Positions 20,593 to 30,140 of a DNA stretch of 64,000 bases are shown in pieces. Numbering within the stretch: position 1 is the stretch's first letter; each line of letters opens with the position of its first letter. The translations under genes were made by a program, and so were the position numbers. Origin of the DNA: Candidatus Eiseniibacteriota bacterium (GTDB taxonomy: Bacteria > Eisenbacteria > RBG-16-71-46 > CAVPCR01); NCBI GenBank assembly GCA_963823555.1, contig CAWGMA010000001.1, positions 1,440,001-1,504,000 on the forward strand. Reading direction: 5' to 3'. Below the pieces are notes generated by a model. It did no database searches, was not told where the DNA came from, and saw only the letters and a list, made by a program, of their open reading frames with translations.

Positions 20593-21564
20593 TCAGGGTG
20601 GCCCTGCCGTGTCATCGGTGGCATCCATCTCGCGATCGGCTTCGTCCCATGCGCGAAGACGCCGCTTGAGCCGCCGGCGCCTGAGGATGAAGGCGATGAA
20701 CGTGATGGCCGCGGCGATCAGGAACGGGGACAAGCTCCGGCGCAGAACAGCGATGAAGATCCCATGCGGGGCCCGCGCTTTCGCGAGCTCTCCCTCGAGC
20801 CCGGCGGTCGACAGTCCGGTGACCGCGTCCAGGGCCATGTCGAACGGGACCCCGCGCCCGAGCGCCGCTCCGATGGCCGCGATCGTGCCCGGACCGTGCC
20901 GGGTCTCGAGATACTCGACGGCAAGCTGGCTCTTCACATAAGCGAGCCGCATCGCGGCGATATCCTCGGGAAATCCAAAGGCCAATCGCTCGAGGGTGAG
21001 ATCGGGAGCGACGGCGGTGGTGGCGAAGTCGAGCGCACCGAGTTCCGTCATACCGCCGGCAAACCAGCTGGCCACTCCCTCCTCGAACCAGCGTGGCAGC
21101 GGGGCGGCCACGGGCTCGGCAACGCCAAGGGCCAGATGAGCGAGCTCATGGCGCAACACCCCCTCGGGAGCACGGCCGATCCCGGGGGCCAGGAGCGGGG
21201 CGTTGAGCGCAACGATGCCACGCCCGGTGAGAGCGACGCCGAGGAGCGAGCCGGAACGGGTGCGCCCTGCGTAGCGCGCAAAGCTCTCGGCATTGCCGCA
21301 TATGACCACCTTCACCGACCGCGGGAGCCCGAGCCCCACGCGTAGCGGGAGCTCCCCTGCCGCCACCTCGGCGGCGGTGGTGAGATCGGGCGCGAGCCCG
21401 CTCGGGCGGCCGATCTCGACGAGCTCGATGGTCCCGCCCGGATGGCCCACGATGACGGGCGATCCGTGCCGCGAAGGGGCGCTCCCCTCCTGTGCGCCGA
21501 TTGCCCCAGCGCCGAGCATCAGGACCATAGCCAGCGCGACCAGGCCCGTGCTGCTGCCCCTCAA
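20593..21564 (-). CDS. Peptidase MA-like zincin with C-terminal TM anchor
   Basis: LRHELAH...PRWFEEGVA; signal-like N-terminus; start uncertain (21564 or 21528). Confidence 0.8.
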   Translation of the reverse strand: MRGSSTGLVALAMVLMLGAGAIGAQEGSAPSRHGSPVIVGHPGGTIELVEIGRPSGLAPDLTTAAEVAAGELPLRVGLGLPRSVKVVICGNAESFARYAGRTRSGSLLGVALTGRGIVALNAPLLAPGIGRAPEGVLRHELAHLALGVAEPVAAPLPRWFEEGVASWFAGGMTELGALDFATTAVAPDLTLERLAFGFPEDIAAMRLAYVKSQLAVEYLETRHGPGTIAAIGAALGRGVPFDMALDAVTGLSTAGLEGELAKARAPHGIFIAVLRRSLSPFLIAAAITFIAFILRRRRLKRRLRAWDEADREMDATDDTAGPP

Positions 21565-21642
21565 GAGCGAGCCCCGGAGCTTGTGCCAGGGTGTCTCAAG
21601 ATGAGATAATTCTCGACGACGTACTCCTTTGGCCACGCCCCG

Positions 21643-23748
21643 ATGGTTGCATCCAAGATCCGACACCTTGCTCTGACCTTCGCCCTCGTCTCGGCGGCTG
21701 CCCTGGCCCCGTGCCCCATGGCCGGCGGCGATCCGGCGCTTGGGCACCAGCCGGTACGCCTCGTCGCCGTCGACCTCCGAGAGCCAGGAGATCTTCTCAC
21801 GATCACCGAGCTCGGAGCGGACATCCTGGCCCGTGACTCACCGACTCGAGTGCGCGTGGCCGCCACGGATCAGGAGATCGCAGCCCTCCAATCCAGCCAT
21901 TTCTGCCTCTCGATTATCGAGCCCGATGTCGAACTCGCAGCCAGACGCCGGCTCGGGGCCGGACACGAGATCTACCACACATTCGATGAAGTGGTGGCGG
22001 AGCTTCACGAGCTGCACGCCCGTCATCCGGACCTGGTCGGCGCGCCACTCGTGATCGGCTCGAGCTGGGAGGGACGTCCGCTCCTGGCCGTCAAGATCTC
22101 CGATCATCCGGAGCGCGACGAGAACGAACCGCGAGTGCTCTTCGATGCGCTCCACCATGCCCGCGAACCGGCCGGGATGGAGACGATCCTCCATGCCATG
22201 AAGCACATCGCGGAGAACGCCGGGCGAGATCCGGATCTGCGCGCGCTGGTGGAGGAACGGGAACTCTGGTTCGTCCCGGTCGTGAATCCCGACGGCTATG
22301 TCTTCGGTGGCGTGGGCGGGCTGTGGCGCAAGAACCGGCGGGCCAACGCGGATGGCTCCTTCGGTGTGGATCTGAATCGCAACTACGGGCACGCCTGGGG
22401 GGCTGATGACGTGGGGTCGAGCCCGGTGCCGGCAAGTCCAATCTACCGCGGGCCGGCGCCTTTCTCCGAGCCCGAGACGGCGGCCATGCGCGATTTCGTC
22501 CTCGGCCGGCGCTTCGCCGCGGGCATGACGATCCATACCTTCGGCGACTTGAATCTCTTGCCGAATGAATCGGCGATGCGTACGCCGGCTGTCCTCGCGC
22601 GGCATGAGGACGTGGCCCACGATCTCGAAGCGTTGACGGGCTATCCCCACGGTCGGGCCCGGGACGTCCTCTATCGATCCAATGGTCGGACACAGGACTG
22701 GCTGGTTGCCGCCACGGGCATGGTGGTGATCGAGCCGGAGATCGGCAGCCCCAGTGACGGATTCTGGCCTGCGCCCAAGCGCCTTCTCGAGCTGGCTGAG
22801 AGGAATCTGCCGGGGATGCTCCATCTCGCGCGCATTGCTGGTCCCCACCTCGTGACCGATGGCTACACCGTTGACGACGGGGCGTCCCGTGATGCCAACG
22901 GGGCAGCAGATCCCGGGGAAACCATCGTCCTCCGGCTCGCGCTACGCAACATCGGTCTGGCTCCGGCGCGTGATGTCACGGTCATGGTGAGCGCGGAGAC
23001 GCCGCTCATCACGGTCCTTGCCGGTCGGGCGGAGATCGTCGAGATACCGGCCGGTGCCGTGCGCGAGATCCCGGATGCCACGCTCCGGATCCGCGTTGCT
23101 CCCGACGCCCGGCGGGGAGAACCGATTCCGCTCTCGGTCGTGGCCAAGGGCCGGGGAACGGCCTCTCCGGCCATGACTCTGGAGATCACTCCGGGAACGC
23201 CTGATCTCCTCTTCGCCGACGACGCCGAGGGAGGTCTCGATCGCTGGATCGCCGTTCGTGGTTGGGGTGTCGTCACGACATCTGATGGCGGCGGCGCCTT
23301 CAGCGACAGCCCGGATGGTCCCTACCGCGCTCATGCCAATTCGATGCTGACCCTGCGCAGCCCCCTGGATCTGCGCGGGGTTGCACAGCCGCGCCTCGCC
23401 TACATGGAGCGGTTCGCCGCGGAGCCGTGGCAGGACCGCTGCCTGGTGGAGGCATGGACTCCCCGACTGGGCTGGCAGACCTTGATCGCGGTCCCTGGCG
23501 GTGTCGAGTCCCGATTCCGCCAGCGCGAGGTTTCGCTCGGCGGGCTGGCCGGCGAGCCCGAAGTGCGGCTCCGTTTCCGCCTCCTGGCGAACCAGGAGCG
23601 CGAGGCTGACGGCTGGACCATCGATGACATTAGGATCTGGGGCTACCGGACCCTGGATGCCCCGATCTTCGCGGCCAGTGCGGCTGGGTCGTCCTCGCGC
23701 GGGAGCGAGGGGACGGGCAGCGCGGGGGCGGCGAGCACGGTGGAGTGA
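21643..23748 (+). CDS. Secreted M14 zinc carboxypeptidase with C-terminal beta domains
   Basis: HHARE, NPDGY, WRKNRR, GVDLNRNY, FSEPET, IHTF, EPEIG. Confidence 0.92.
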   Translation: MVASKIRHLALTFALVSAAALAPCPMAGGDPALGHQPVRLVAVDLREPGDLLTITELGADILARDSPTRVRVAATDQEIAALQSSHFCLSIIEPDVELAARRRLGAGHEIYHTFDEVVAELHELHARHPDLVGAPLVIGSSWEGRPLLAVKISDHPERDENEPRVLFDALHHAREPAGMETILHAMKHIAENAGRDPDLRALVEERELWFVPVVNPDGYVFGGVGGLWRKNRRANADGSFGVDLNRNYGHAWGADDVGSSPVPASPIYRGPAPFSEPETAAMRDFVLGRRFAAGMTIHTFGDLNLLPNESAMRTPAVLARHEDVAHDLEALTGYPHGRARDVLYRSNGRTQDWLVAATGMVVIEPEIGSPSDGFWPAPKRLLELAERNLPGMLHLARIAGPHLVTDGYTVDDGASRDANGAADPGETIVLRLALRNIGLAPARDVTVMVSAETPLITVLAGRAEIVEIPAGAVREIPDATLRIRVAPDARRGEPIPLSVVAKGRGTASPAMTLEITPGTPDLLFADDAEGGLDRWIAVRGWGVVTTSDGGGAFSDSPDGPYRAHANSMLTLRSPLDLRGVAQPRLAYMERFAAEPWQDRCLVEAWTPRLGWQTLIAVPGGVESRFRQREVSLGGLAGEPEVRLRFRLLANQEREADGWTIDDIRIWGYRTLDAPIFAASAAGSSSRGSEGTGSAGAASTVE

Positions 23749-23793
23749 GAGGCCGGGGCCGCCGCCCACGGGGAGCCCTGTTCCAGCGCAAGC

Positions 23794-23855
23794 AAAAGAC
23801 CCAGAAGCACTTGCGGCGTACCGCCCCCGGCGGACCACCCGGGGACTTCTGGGTC
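23794..23855 (-). terminator. Intrinsic terminator-like stem with branched interior
   Basis: GACCCAGAAG...CTTCTGGGTC followed by TTTT on minus. Confidence 0.65.
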
Positions 23856-23917
23856 CGGTGTCCTGTCTTGAATTTCGCAGACGACCGCCTGCGAAGGTCA
23901 ACCTTCGAGAACAGGCG

Positions 23918-23962
23918 TCAGCGAGCAGGCACCTCGCTGGTCTCCGATTTAGGTAAATTCAT
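23918..23962 (-). CDS. Putative 14-aa peptide MNLPKSETSEVPAR behind an extended Shine-Dalgarno
   Basis: GAAAGGAGGTGGTCCA-AAGA-ATG...TGA. Confidence 0.5.
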   Translation of the reverse strand: MNLPKSETSEVPAR

Positions 23963-24049
23963 TCTTTGGACCACCTCCTTTCCGCGTGCCGTGATTGAGC
24001 CATGGAGCCCGTATCCCGTCAAGCCCAAGATTCAGGCCGCGGCGCGGAT

Positions 24050-24778
24050 CTAGCGGGAGGGCGGCAGCGCGGCAGCTTCGTCCTCCACCTGGAAGCGGTA
24101 GCCCACCTTGTGCACGGTCTGGATGTAGCGGCCCCGGGAGGACTCCCCTTCGAGCTTCTTTCGCAGCTTGGCGATGTGTGTGTCCACGGTGCGGGTGTTG
24201 GGAAGCATGTCCTCATTGTAGCCCCAGACCTGGTCGAGAAGCTCCTCGCGCGAGACGATCTGCCCCTGCCTGCGAACGAAGAGCCTCATGATCTCGAACT
24301 CCTTGTAGGAAAGCGGCACCGCTTGGCCGGCGCGCGTCACGGTCCGGCGTTCGAAGTCGATGTGGACGTCGCCGAACCGGAAACGAGAAGGGACCTGAGT
24401 TTCCGTGCGCCCGCTGGCACGCCGCAGAACGGCCTCGATCCGGGCCAGGAGTTCGCGCACCGAGAACGGCTTCGTCACATAGTCGTCGGCACCGAGTTCA
24501 AGGCCGGCGACCTTGTCCGCTTCCTGGCCCCGCGCGGTCAAGATGACGACCGGGGTGCTGACGCCGTCCTGGCGCAGTCGCTTGAGGATCTCGAGCCCGC
24601 CGAGGCCCGGGAGCATGAGGTCGAGGACGATGAGATCCGGGGCCGTGTTCTTGCCGGCAGCTAGCCCGGCGTATCCGTCCGCCGCGATCTCAACCTCGTG
24701 GCCCTCGTACTCGAGGTTGTAGCGGAGCCCCTCCTGCATGGCCGGCTCGTCCTCGATGATCAGGATACGCGGCATCAT
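24050..24778 (-). CDS. OmpR/PhoB family response regulator
   Basis: IIEDE, VLDLMLP, GADDYVTKPF, RTVDTHIAKLRKK, VGYRF. Confidence 0.96.
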   Translation of the reverse strand: MMPRILIIEDEPAMQEGLRYNLEYEGHEVEIAADGYAGLAAGKNTAPDLIVLDLMLPGLGGLEILKRLRQDGVSTPVVILTARGQEADKVAGLELGADDYVTKPFSVRELLARIEAVLRRASGRTETQVPSRFRFGDVHIDFERRTVTRAGQAVPLSYKEFEIMRLFVRRQGQIVSREELLDQVWGYNEDMLPNTRTVDTHIAKLRKKLEGESSRGRYIQTVHKVGYRFQVEDEAAALPPSR

Positions 24779-26490
24779 CTTCCTCCATGGATCTCGGTCA
24801 CGGGCGGCAGATCGCTGGCCTGCGGGGACGAGGGCGCTGCGAGCGGCAGCTCGATCGCGAAGGTCGAGCCCTCGTCGGGTTTCGATTTCACCTGCACCCG
24901 CCCGCCGTGTGCCTCGGCAATGTGCTTGACCAAGGTGAGCCCCAGCCCCGAGCCCTTGACACCCTGGACCATGCCGCCCTCCACGCGGTAGAAGAGCTCG
25001 AAGATATGCTCCTGCTCGGTCGCCGGTATGCCGATCCCGTGATCGCGAACGGAGAGCACGGCATGACGTCCGTGGCGGCGCAGTGACACGGCGATGTCCG
25101 TGGCTCCGTTCGAGTACTTGACCGCGTTGTCGAGCAGATTGAGCAGGGCGCGGGTGATGGCCTCGGGATCAACACGGGCCGTGAGCGGGCCGGGATCGAC
25201 ATGACGATCGATCACGAAGCCACCGGTATCGAACTGGTAACGATAGGCGTCCAGGGTGTCGGTCACGATCTTCACGAGGTCGGCTTCGGCGAAATTGTAG
25301 GTCTTTCTTCCGGCATCAAGACGGGCGATGTCGAGGACATTGTTGATGAGATGGGTCAGCCGCTGGGCCTCGCGTGAGATCACCTGCAGGAACTCCCGAG
25401 CCCGCGATTCATCACGCACGCGACCCATCTCCAATGTCTCGGCATAGAGACGGATGAGTGCGATTGGCGTCTTGAGTTCGTGCGACACGCTGGAAACAAA
25501 GCGGGAAGAGCGCTCGGCCGCCTCGAGCTCGCGATTGATCCAGCGCAGGAGAAAGACCCCTCCGAGGAGAATGATGCCGAGCATCCCACCGATCAAGGCG
25601 AGGTGAGTCGTCCGGACCGACCGCACCCAGGCCTTGTACTCCCGGTCTTCGAGCTGGATGCCAACCCGCCAGAAGGGAAGGAAGCGACTGAAGGGCTGAG
25701 CAGCAATGAGATCGGCTCCGGGTTGAGACCGCGTAGCGAAAGCGATCTCGCCGGCCTCGTCGACGAGGCACACAGCCACGTGATCCCGGAGATAGCCGGC
25801 GCGGAACACGGATTTGTCCTCGCTGGGGCCTCGAGCTAGCAGCGCGGGCAGGACGGTATGCTTCATGTATCCGAGGTCCCAGATCAGGACCACGGCACCG
25901 AGCAGTTCACCGGCCCAGGAGTGAAGCGTGAAATAGGTGACCTGGAAGGGCTCGCCGCGATCCTCTCCGGCCAGATGATGCAAAGGCGCGGGGCCCAGGC
26001 CATCGCTGACGAGGACCGCGTGCACCTGCGGCAGGGACCGCAGAACGGGGGCGGCGGAGCGCTCCTCCCAGGTGGCCGTCGCCGGGAAGATGATCATGGA
26101 GTCAGGCTGCACGCAGTAGACGAACCGGTAGGCCGGGAGGGTGGAGAGTTCGGCCAGGAGGCCAGGTACGGCCGGGACATCTTCCGGTGGATTGGCGCGG
26201 ATGGCGACCATCAACCGCTGTTCTTCGCTCCACAGCTCGTGCTCGGTGTCATCGAGGGTGAGCACCGCCAGATACTCCCCGTAATCACTCCAGCTGCGCC
26301 TACCCAGGGAGTCGAATTGTCCGAGCAAGGAAAGCGCGAGGGCGCTGAGAACGAAGGCCGGCAGCAGCAGCACCCCGACCATGAGCAAGATGATCGGGCG
26401 CCGCCGTGGTGAGCGCAAGAGAGGGAGGTCCAGCATGGGCGATCCGCTTGGCCTCCTTCCCGACCTGGGCATGGGAGGCACGCTCCCCAT
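24775..26490 (-). CDS. Membrane sensor histidine kinase
   Basis: Two TMs, SHELKTP, NLLDNAVKY, DHGIGI, GSGLGL; start uncertain (26436-26490). Confidence 0.94.
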   Translation of the reverse strand: MGSVPPMPRSGRRPSGSPMLDLPLLRSPRRRPIILLMVGVLLLPAFVLSALALSLLGQFDSLGRRSWSDYGEYLAVLTLDDTEHELWSEEQRLMVAIRANPPEDVPAVPGLLAELSTLPAYRFVYCVQPDSMIIFPATATWEERSAAPVLRSLPQVHAVLVSDGLGPAPLHHLAGEDRGEPFQVTYFTLHSWAGELLGAVVLIWDLGYMKHTVLPALLARGPSEDKSVFRAGYLRDHVAVCLVDEAGEIAFATRSQPGADLIAAQPFSRFLPFWRVGIQLEDREYKAWVRSVRTTHLALIGGMLGIILLGGVFLLRWINRELEAAERSSRFVSSVSHELKTPIALIRLYAETLEMGRVRDESRAREFLQVISREAQRLTHLINNVLDIARLDAGRKTYNFAEADLVKIVTDTLDAYRYQFDTGGFVIDRHVDPGPLTARVDPEAITRALLNLLDNAVKYSNGATDIAVSLRRHGRHAVLSVRDHGIGIPATEQEHIFELFYRVEGGMVQGVKGSGLGLTLVKHIAEAHGGRVQVKSKPDEGSTFAIELPLAAPSSPQASDLPPVTEIHGGR

Positions 26491-26683
26491 TATCCCACAG
26501 GATCACGGGCCGGCCGCTCCCGGCGCTCGGCCGGGAACAGGACGGCAAACGAGAAGGGAGGGAGAGAATAACTCTCTCCCTCCCATCAGCTTGCGACGAC
26601 GCCACTGCCCGCCCGGAGACTACCGATCGCCCCCCTTTGACCGGCCGGACGGCACCCGGGCGCCGCCGCGCTATGGGGGATCC

Positions 26684-27193
26684 TCAGGATCCCCGCACAT
26701 CCTTGTCCTTCGTTTCCTTCGAGGCTAGCTCGTGCAGGGCTCGAACGAGACCTGGGTCATCCGAGGTGATGATGGTGAACACGCCGTGTACCGAGTTGGA
26801 GACCTCGAATCGTGCCCCTTTGATCTGTAGCAGGAGATCCTGGCAAGTCGCGCAGGTCCTGACCTGCTCCGAGTTCTTCCAGTACTGCTCCCGTAGCCTC
26901 TGTTTCTCGAAGGTGTACTTCTGGATCTCGACCACCGTCTCTGGATGCTCGCAGCGCAGGTGAATGACCACCCCATTGGGTAGGGCACCCACCTCTCGCG
27001 TCGCTCGGTGGAGTGCCGCCGAGTACTGCGCATAGGCGGCGCAGAACACGCATCCCGCTCTGTCGGGAGCCGCCTGCTCGCTGCCGCCTCTTCCCTGCTG
27101 AGCGCCTGCTCTTGTGAAGGCCGGAGCCGCCACGAGGGCTGCGATGGTCAGAGAAGCTGCAAGCGTCCGTAACGGAGCCGTCGATCCTTTCAT
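26684..27193 (-). CDS. Exported hypothetical protein with two CxxC motifs
   Basis: Signal peptide MKGSTAPL...AGA; CVFC, CATC and CEH. Confidence 0.7.
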   Translation of the reverse strand: MKGSTAPLRTLAASLTIAALVAAPAFTRAGAQQGRGGSEQAAPDRAGCVFCAAYAQYSAALHRATREVGALPNGVVIHLRCEHPETVVEIQKYTFEKQRLREQYWKNSEQVRTCATCQDLLLQIKGARFEVSNSVHGVFTIITSDDPGLVRALHELASKETKDKDVRGS

Positions 27194-27298
27194 CTGTCGC
27201 ACCTGGCTGGTCTGACCTCGCTGGAACCTGGCCACCGGGGTGGTTCCCAGCCGCCTTTCGATCGACAACCTAATCTACCCCCCAAGGCACAGCCGTGT

Positions 27299-27337
27299 TG
27301 TCACCCGGAGGTCAACCCCCTGCAAACTATTTGTGAA
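27299..27337 (-). promoter_or_regulatory. Four 11-bp-phased hexamers, putative OmpR/PhoP-type binding site
   Basis: TTCACA-N5-TTTGCA-N5-TTGACC-N5-GTGACA; TAGATT -10-like at 27272-27277. Confidence 0.5.
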
Positions 27338-27747
27338 GGCGAGGACGCGCCGCAGGAGGGCAAAACAGGAGGCTCCGGCCTCCCTGCCCGCGCAGCCTGC
27401 AAGCCGCCGGGCAAGTCCCTTGCGCCCAGAATGATCCAGTTCGGGCGCCATCGAGCTCACGGCCCGCCGTCCTGACCCGATCAGCCGCCTGGGCACGATC
27501 CCATCCGGGGCAGGGGCTTCACCTGGCCCCTGCCCACGGGCTGGCGGGAGCGATTTTCGTGCCCAATGGCAGCACCGGGATGGACGGGAACGGACTGTGC
27601 TAGTACAGGGTACAAGAAAGTGTGCTGGCTCTGGCGATGGCGGTTGCCAGCGGGTGGAGTATGGCCACTGGGTCGATTCCCCCGGCAGCTCCCACGAAGT
27701 CGCCAGGGGAATCGGGCCGGCAACCCAAAAGAAGGGGTGTGGTTGCG

Positions 27748-27942
27748 ATGCGAGTCAAGGTGGTCGATCAGAGGTCCTTCGAGAAGGCGCTCCGTCGGTT
27801 CAAGCGCGAGTGCATTCGCGAGGGCATCATCGCCGACATGCGCAAGAACGAGTTCTACGACAAGCCGAGCGTGAGGCGCCGCCGCAAGGAGAACCGTGCT
27901 CGTCGGCGCCGCCTCCGCCTGACCGAGGGCCAGGGCGATTGA
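27748..27942 (+). CDS. rpsU: 30S ribosomal protein bS21
   Basis: FEKALRRFKR...EFYDKPSVRRRRK. Confidence 0.95.
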   Translation: MRVKVVDQRSFEKALRRFKRECIREGIIADMRKNEFYDKPSVRRRRKENRARRRRLRLTEGQGD

Positions 27943-27982
27943 TCACTCCCGGTTGCGCTTGACCCGTGACCGACGGCATCAG

Positions 27983-28017
27983 CGCCCGCTTCGCATCATT
28001 GCGGGGCGGGCGATTTT
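27983..28017 (+). terminator. Terminator-like hairpin after rpsU
   Basis: CGCCCGCTTCGCA-TCAT-TGCGGGGCGGGCG-ATTTT. Confidence 0.6.
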
Positions 28018-30140
28018 CATGGGTTTCCATCTCCCACCCCCATGGCCGCCAGCGCCGATCGAGCGCGAGGATCGCCCGGCGACACTTCCAGAGCCCGGGA
28101 GAAGAAGCGGCGAGCCTCCTCCATGTTTCCCTGCCGAGCAGCCACGCGACCGCGGGCCAGGAGGAGTTCGAGATGGTCGGTGGCGCCGTGCTCGGCGGCG
28201 GACTCGAGGTGGCTTGCCGCGGCGTCCCAGTTCCCATCCATCTCGGCCAGGAGACCGAGGTTGAGATGGGCTGCGGCATCCTCGGGATCCAGCTCGAGGA
28301 CGCGCTCGAAACCAGCTCGAGCGGAGTCGCGGCGTCCAGCCCGGGCTTCGATCAGGGCCTGGGTGAAGATGGGACGAGCCTCGGAGCGACGCCAGGCCCG
28401 AGCGATTTCAAGACTGTCGCCCTCCCCCTGAGCCAGCGCGAGAGCTCGCGCGATGCGCTCGTCCTGAGGAGAACGCTCCAGGGCGGCTGACAGGGCTGCC
28501 GCAGCGGCCTCCCGGTTGCCGAGCCCGAGCTCGGCCAGCCCGAGCCCGAGGAGCGTGCCGGCGGCCTCGGGGTCGAGTGCCAGGGCCCGGCGATACTCGG
28601 AAGCCGCCTCGGCATAGCGCCCCTCCCGATAGTAGGCGTTGGCCAGATTGTGGGCCGCCTCCGGGATCTCCCCGAGGTGGGCTGCCGTCTCGAGTTCGCG
28701 GCGAGCTCCGGCCTGATCGCCCTGCTCGGCCAGCACGGTGGAGAGAATGAAGTGGAACTGTGCCCGCCCGAAATCCGGGTGTCCGGGGAGGGCGACCAGC
28801 GCAACGAGGAGTCCCGTGGCGCCGCCGAGACGCAAGAGCCGAGCGAAGTCGCGCCTCTGGGCCGCGAGCCAAAGCTCTTCGACCGATGCTCCCACACCGA
28901 GGGCCAGGATCGGCCACATGAGGAGCCGATAGCGATCTGTGACGAAGAAGAGGGCGAGGACCGCCATGAGGAGGATCGTCGAGACCGCGAGCCATGGAGC
29001 GCCGTGCTGGCGCCGGACGCGAAGAAGGACGATCCCGAGCATTCCCAACGGTCCGATCCAGACGAATCGGATCGGCGTCAGCGCCAGGACCGGCGATCGC
29101 GCCGCAAAGTACTCCATCGGATAGTGGTTCGGCACCTCGTAATGATTGATGGCCAGAAGCAGCTTTCTGCCGAATGCCGACAACGCGGTTCCCGGGTTGG
29201 CTCGCACCCAGGCCCAGGTTCGTTCACCCCAGTAGGCCGATACCTCGTTGGGCCCCAGCGTCGAGTCGGCACTGGAGCGAACGGCGACCGCCCTGGCCGC
29301 TGGATAGAGGCCCGTCGCGCTGTTGACCAGCCCCGACCCGGGAGGTAGGTCGAACCCGCCATTGGCTCCTTCGTGATTGCCAATGTAGAAGTTGACGCCC
29401 GCCCCGGCGGAGAGGCCCACCCAGTGCCCGCTCGCCCGCCACTGGGCCAAACCGGCCACAAGGAAGACCAGAAGCGCACCCCCGATGAGCGCAAGCAGGC
29501 GGCGCCCGGGCGGTCGCGCGGCCCAGGCTGCCGGAAAGGCGCCGAGCACCAGCACCGCAGCTTGTGGTTGCCCGGCCGCAGCCGCCATGAACGAGGCGCC
29601 GGCAAGGAACAGCTCGCGCGCGCCACCCCCGGTGAGGGCCCGCGCCGCGGACCACACGCCAAGACCGACCAGGGCCAGAACCGCGCTGGCGGCCAGAAGC
29701 TCGCCATCGAAGAAGACGGCAACCGGTGAGGCCGCGATCACGAGGCCCGCGACAAGGCCTGCTCGTCGTCCCGAGAGGAGCTGAGCCGCCGCCGCCGTGG
29801 TGACCGCCGCGATGATCCCGAACCCCGCCTGCAACCAGCGCACCAGTTCGAGCGCCTCTCCCGCCGTGCCGAAGATCGCAGCCAGGAAGAGCGGATACAG
29901 GGGTGGCGTGAACGCATGAGCCGCATTCACCCCTCCGGCAAGGAAGGCGTGGGCCCGAGTCACGTACAGCTCACTGTCACCGGTTACCGCGCGGAACAGC
30001 GGATCGCTGCGGACACTGAGCAGGTGCGCCACGCGGAGAGCTGCCGCCAGAGCGGCCACGAGCACGAGGTCCGCAGCGCGAAGCTCGGTTTCGACCACCG
30101 TGGCGCGGGCGGTAGGGAGCGAGTTACGGGCGCGTGGCAT
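28017..30140 (-). CDS. GT-C fold (PMT/GT39-like) membrane glycosyltransferase with C-terminal TPRs
   Basis: GDSELY, PPLYPLFLA, GVNFYIGN, FFVTDRYR, TPRs (AHNLANAYY, AHLNLGLL). Confidence 0.8.
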   Translation of the reverse strand: MPRARNSLPTARATVVETELRAADLVLVAALAAALRVAHLLSVRSDPLFRAVTGDSELYVTRAHAFLAGGVNAAHAFTPPLYPLFLAAIFGTAGEALELVRWLQAGFGIIAAVTTAAAAQLLSGRRAGLVAGLVIAASPVAVFFDGELLAASAVLALVGLGVWSAARALTGGGARELFLAGASFMAAAAGQPQAAVLVLGAFPAAWAARPPGRRLLALIGGALLVFLVAGLAQWRASGHWVGLSAGAGVNFYIGNHEGANGGFDLPPGSGLVNSATGLYPAARAVAVRSSADSTLGPNEVSAYWGERTWAWVRANPGTALSAFGRKLLLAINHYEVPNHYPMEYFAARSPVLALTPIRFVWIGPLGMLGIVLLRVRRQHGAPWLAVSTILLMAVLALFFVTDRYRLLMWPILALGVGASVEELWLAAQRRDFARLLRLGGATGLLVALVALPGHPDFGRAQFHFILSTVLAEQGDQAGARRELETAAHLGEIPEAAHNLANAYYREGRYAEAASEYRRALALDPEAAGTLLGLGLAELGLGNREAAAAALSAALERSPQDERIARALALAQGEGDSLEIARAWRRSEARPIFTQALIEARAGRRDSARAGFERVLELDPEDAAAHLNLGLLAEMDGNWDAAASHLESAAEHGATDHLELLLARGRVAARQGNMEEARRFFSRALEVSPGDPRARSALAAMGVGDGNP

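Noticed and set aside
23967..23982. 16S rRNA gene fragment
   Set aside because: Similarity is limited to 16 nt with no helix-45 sequence beside it; better read as an extended SD on the opposite strand
27355..27420. c-di-GMP-I riboswitch (GGGCAAA plus stem)
   Set aside because: Lacks the GNRA tetraloop and the GACGCAAAG/receptor elements
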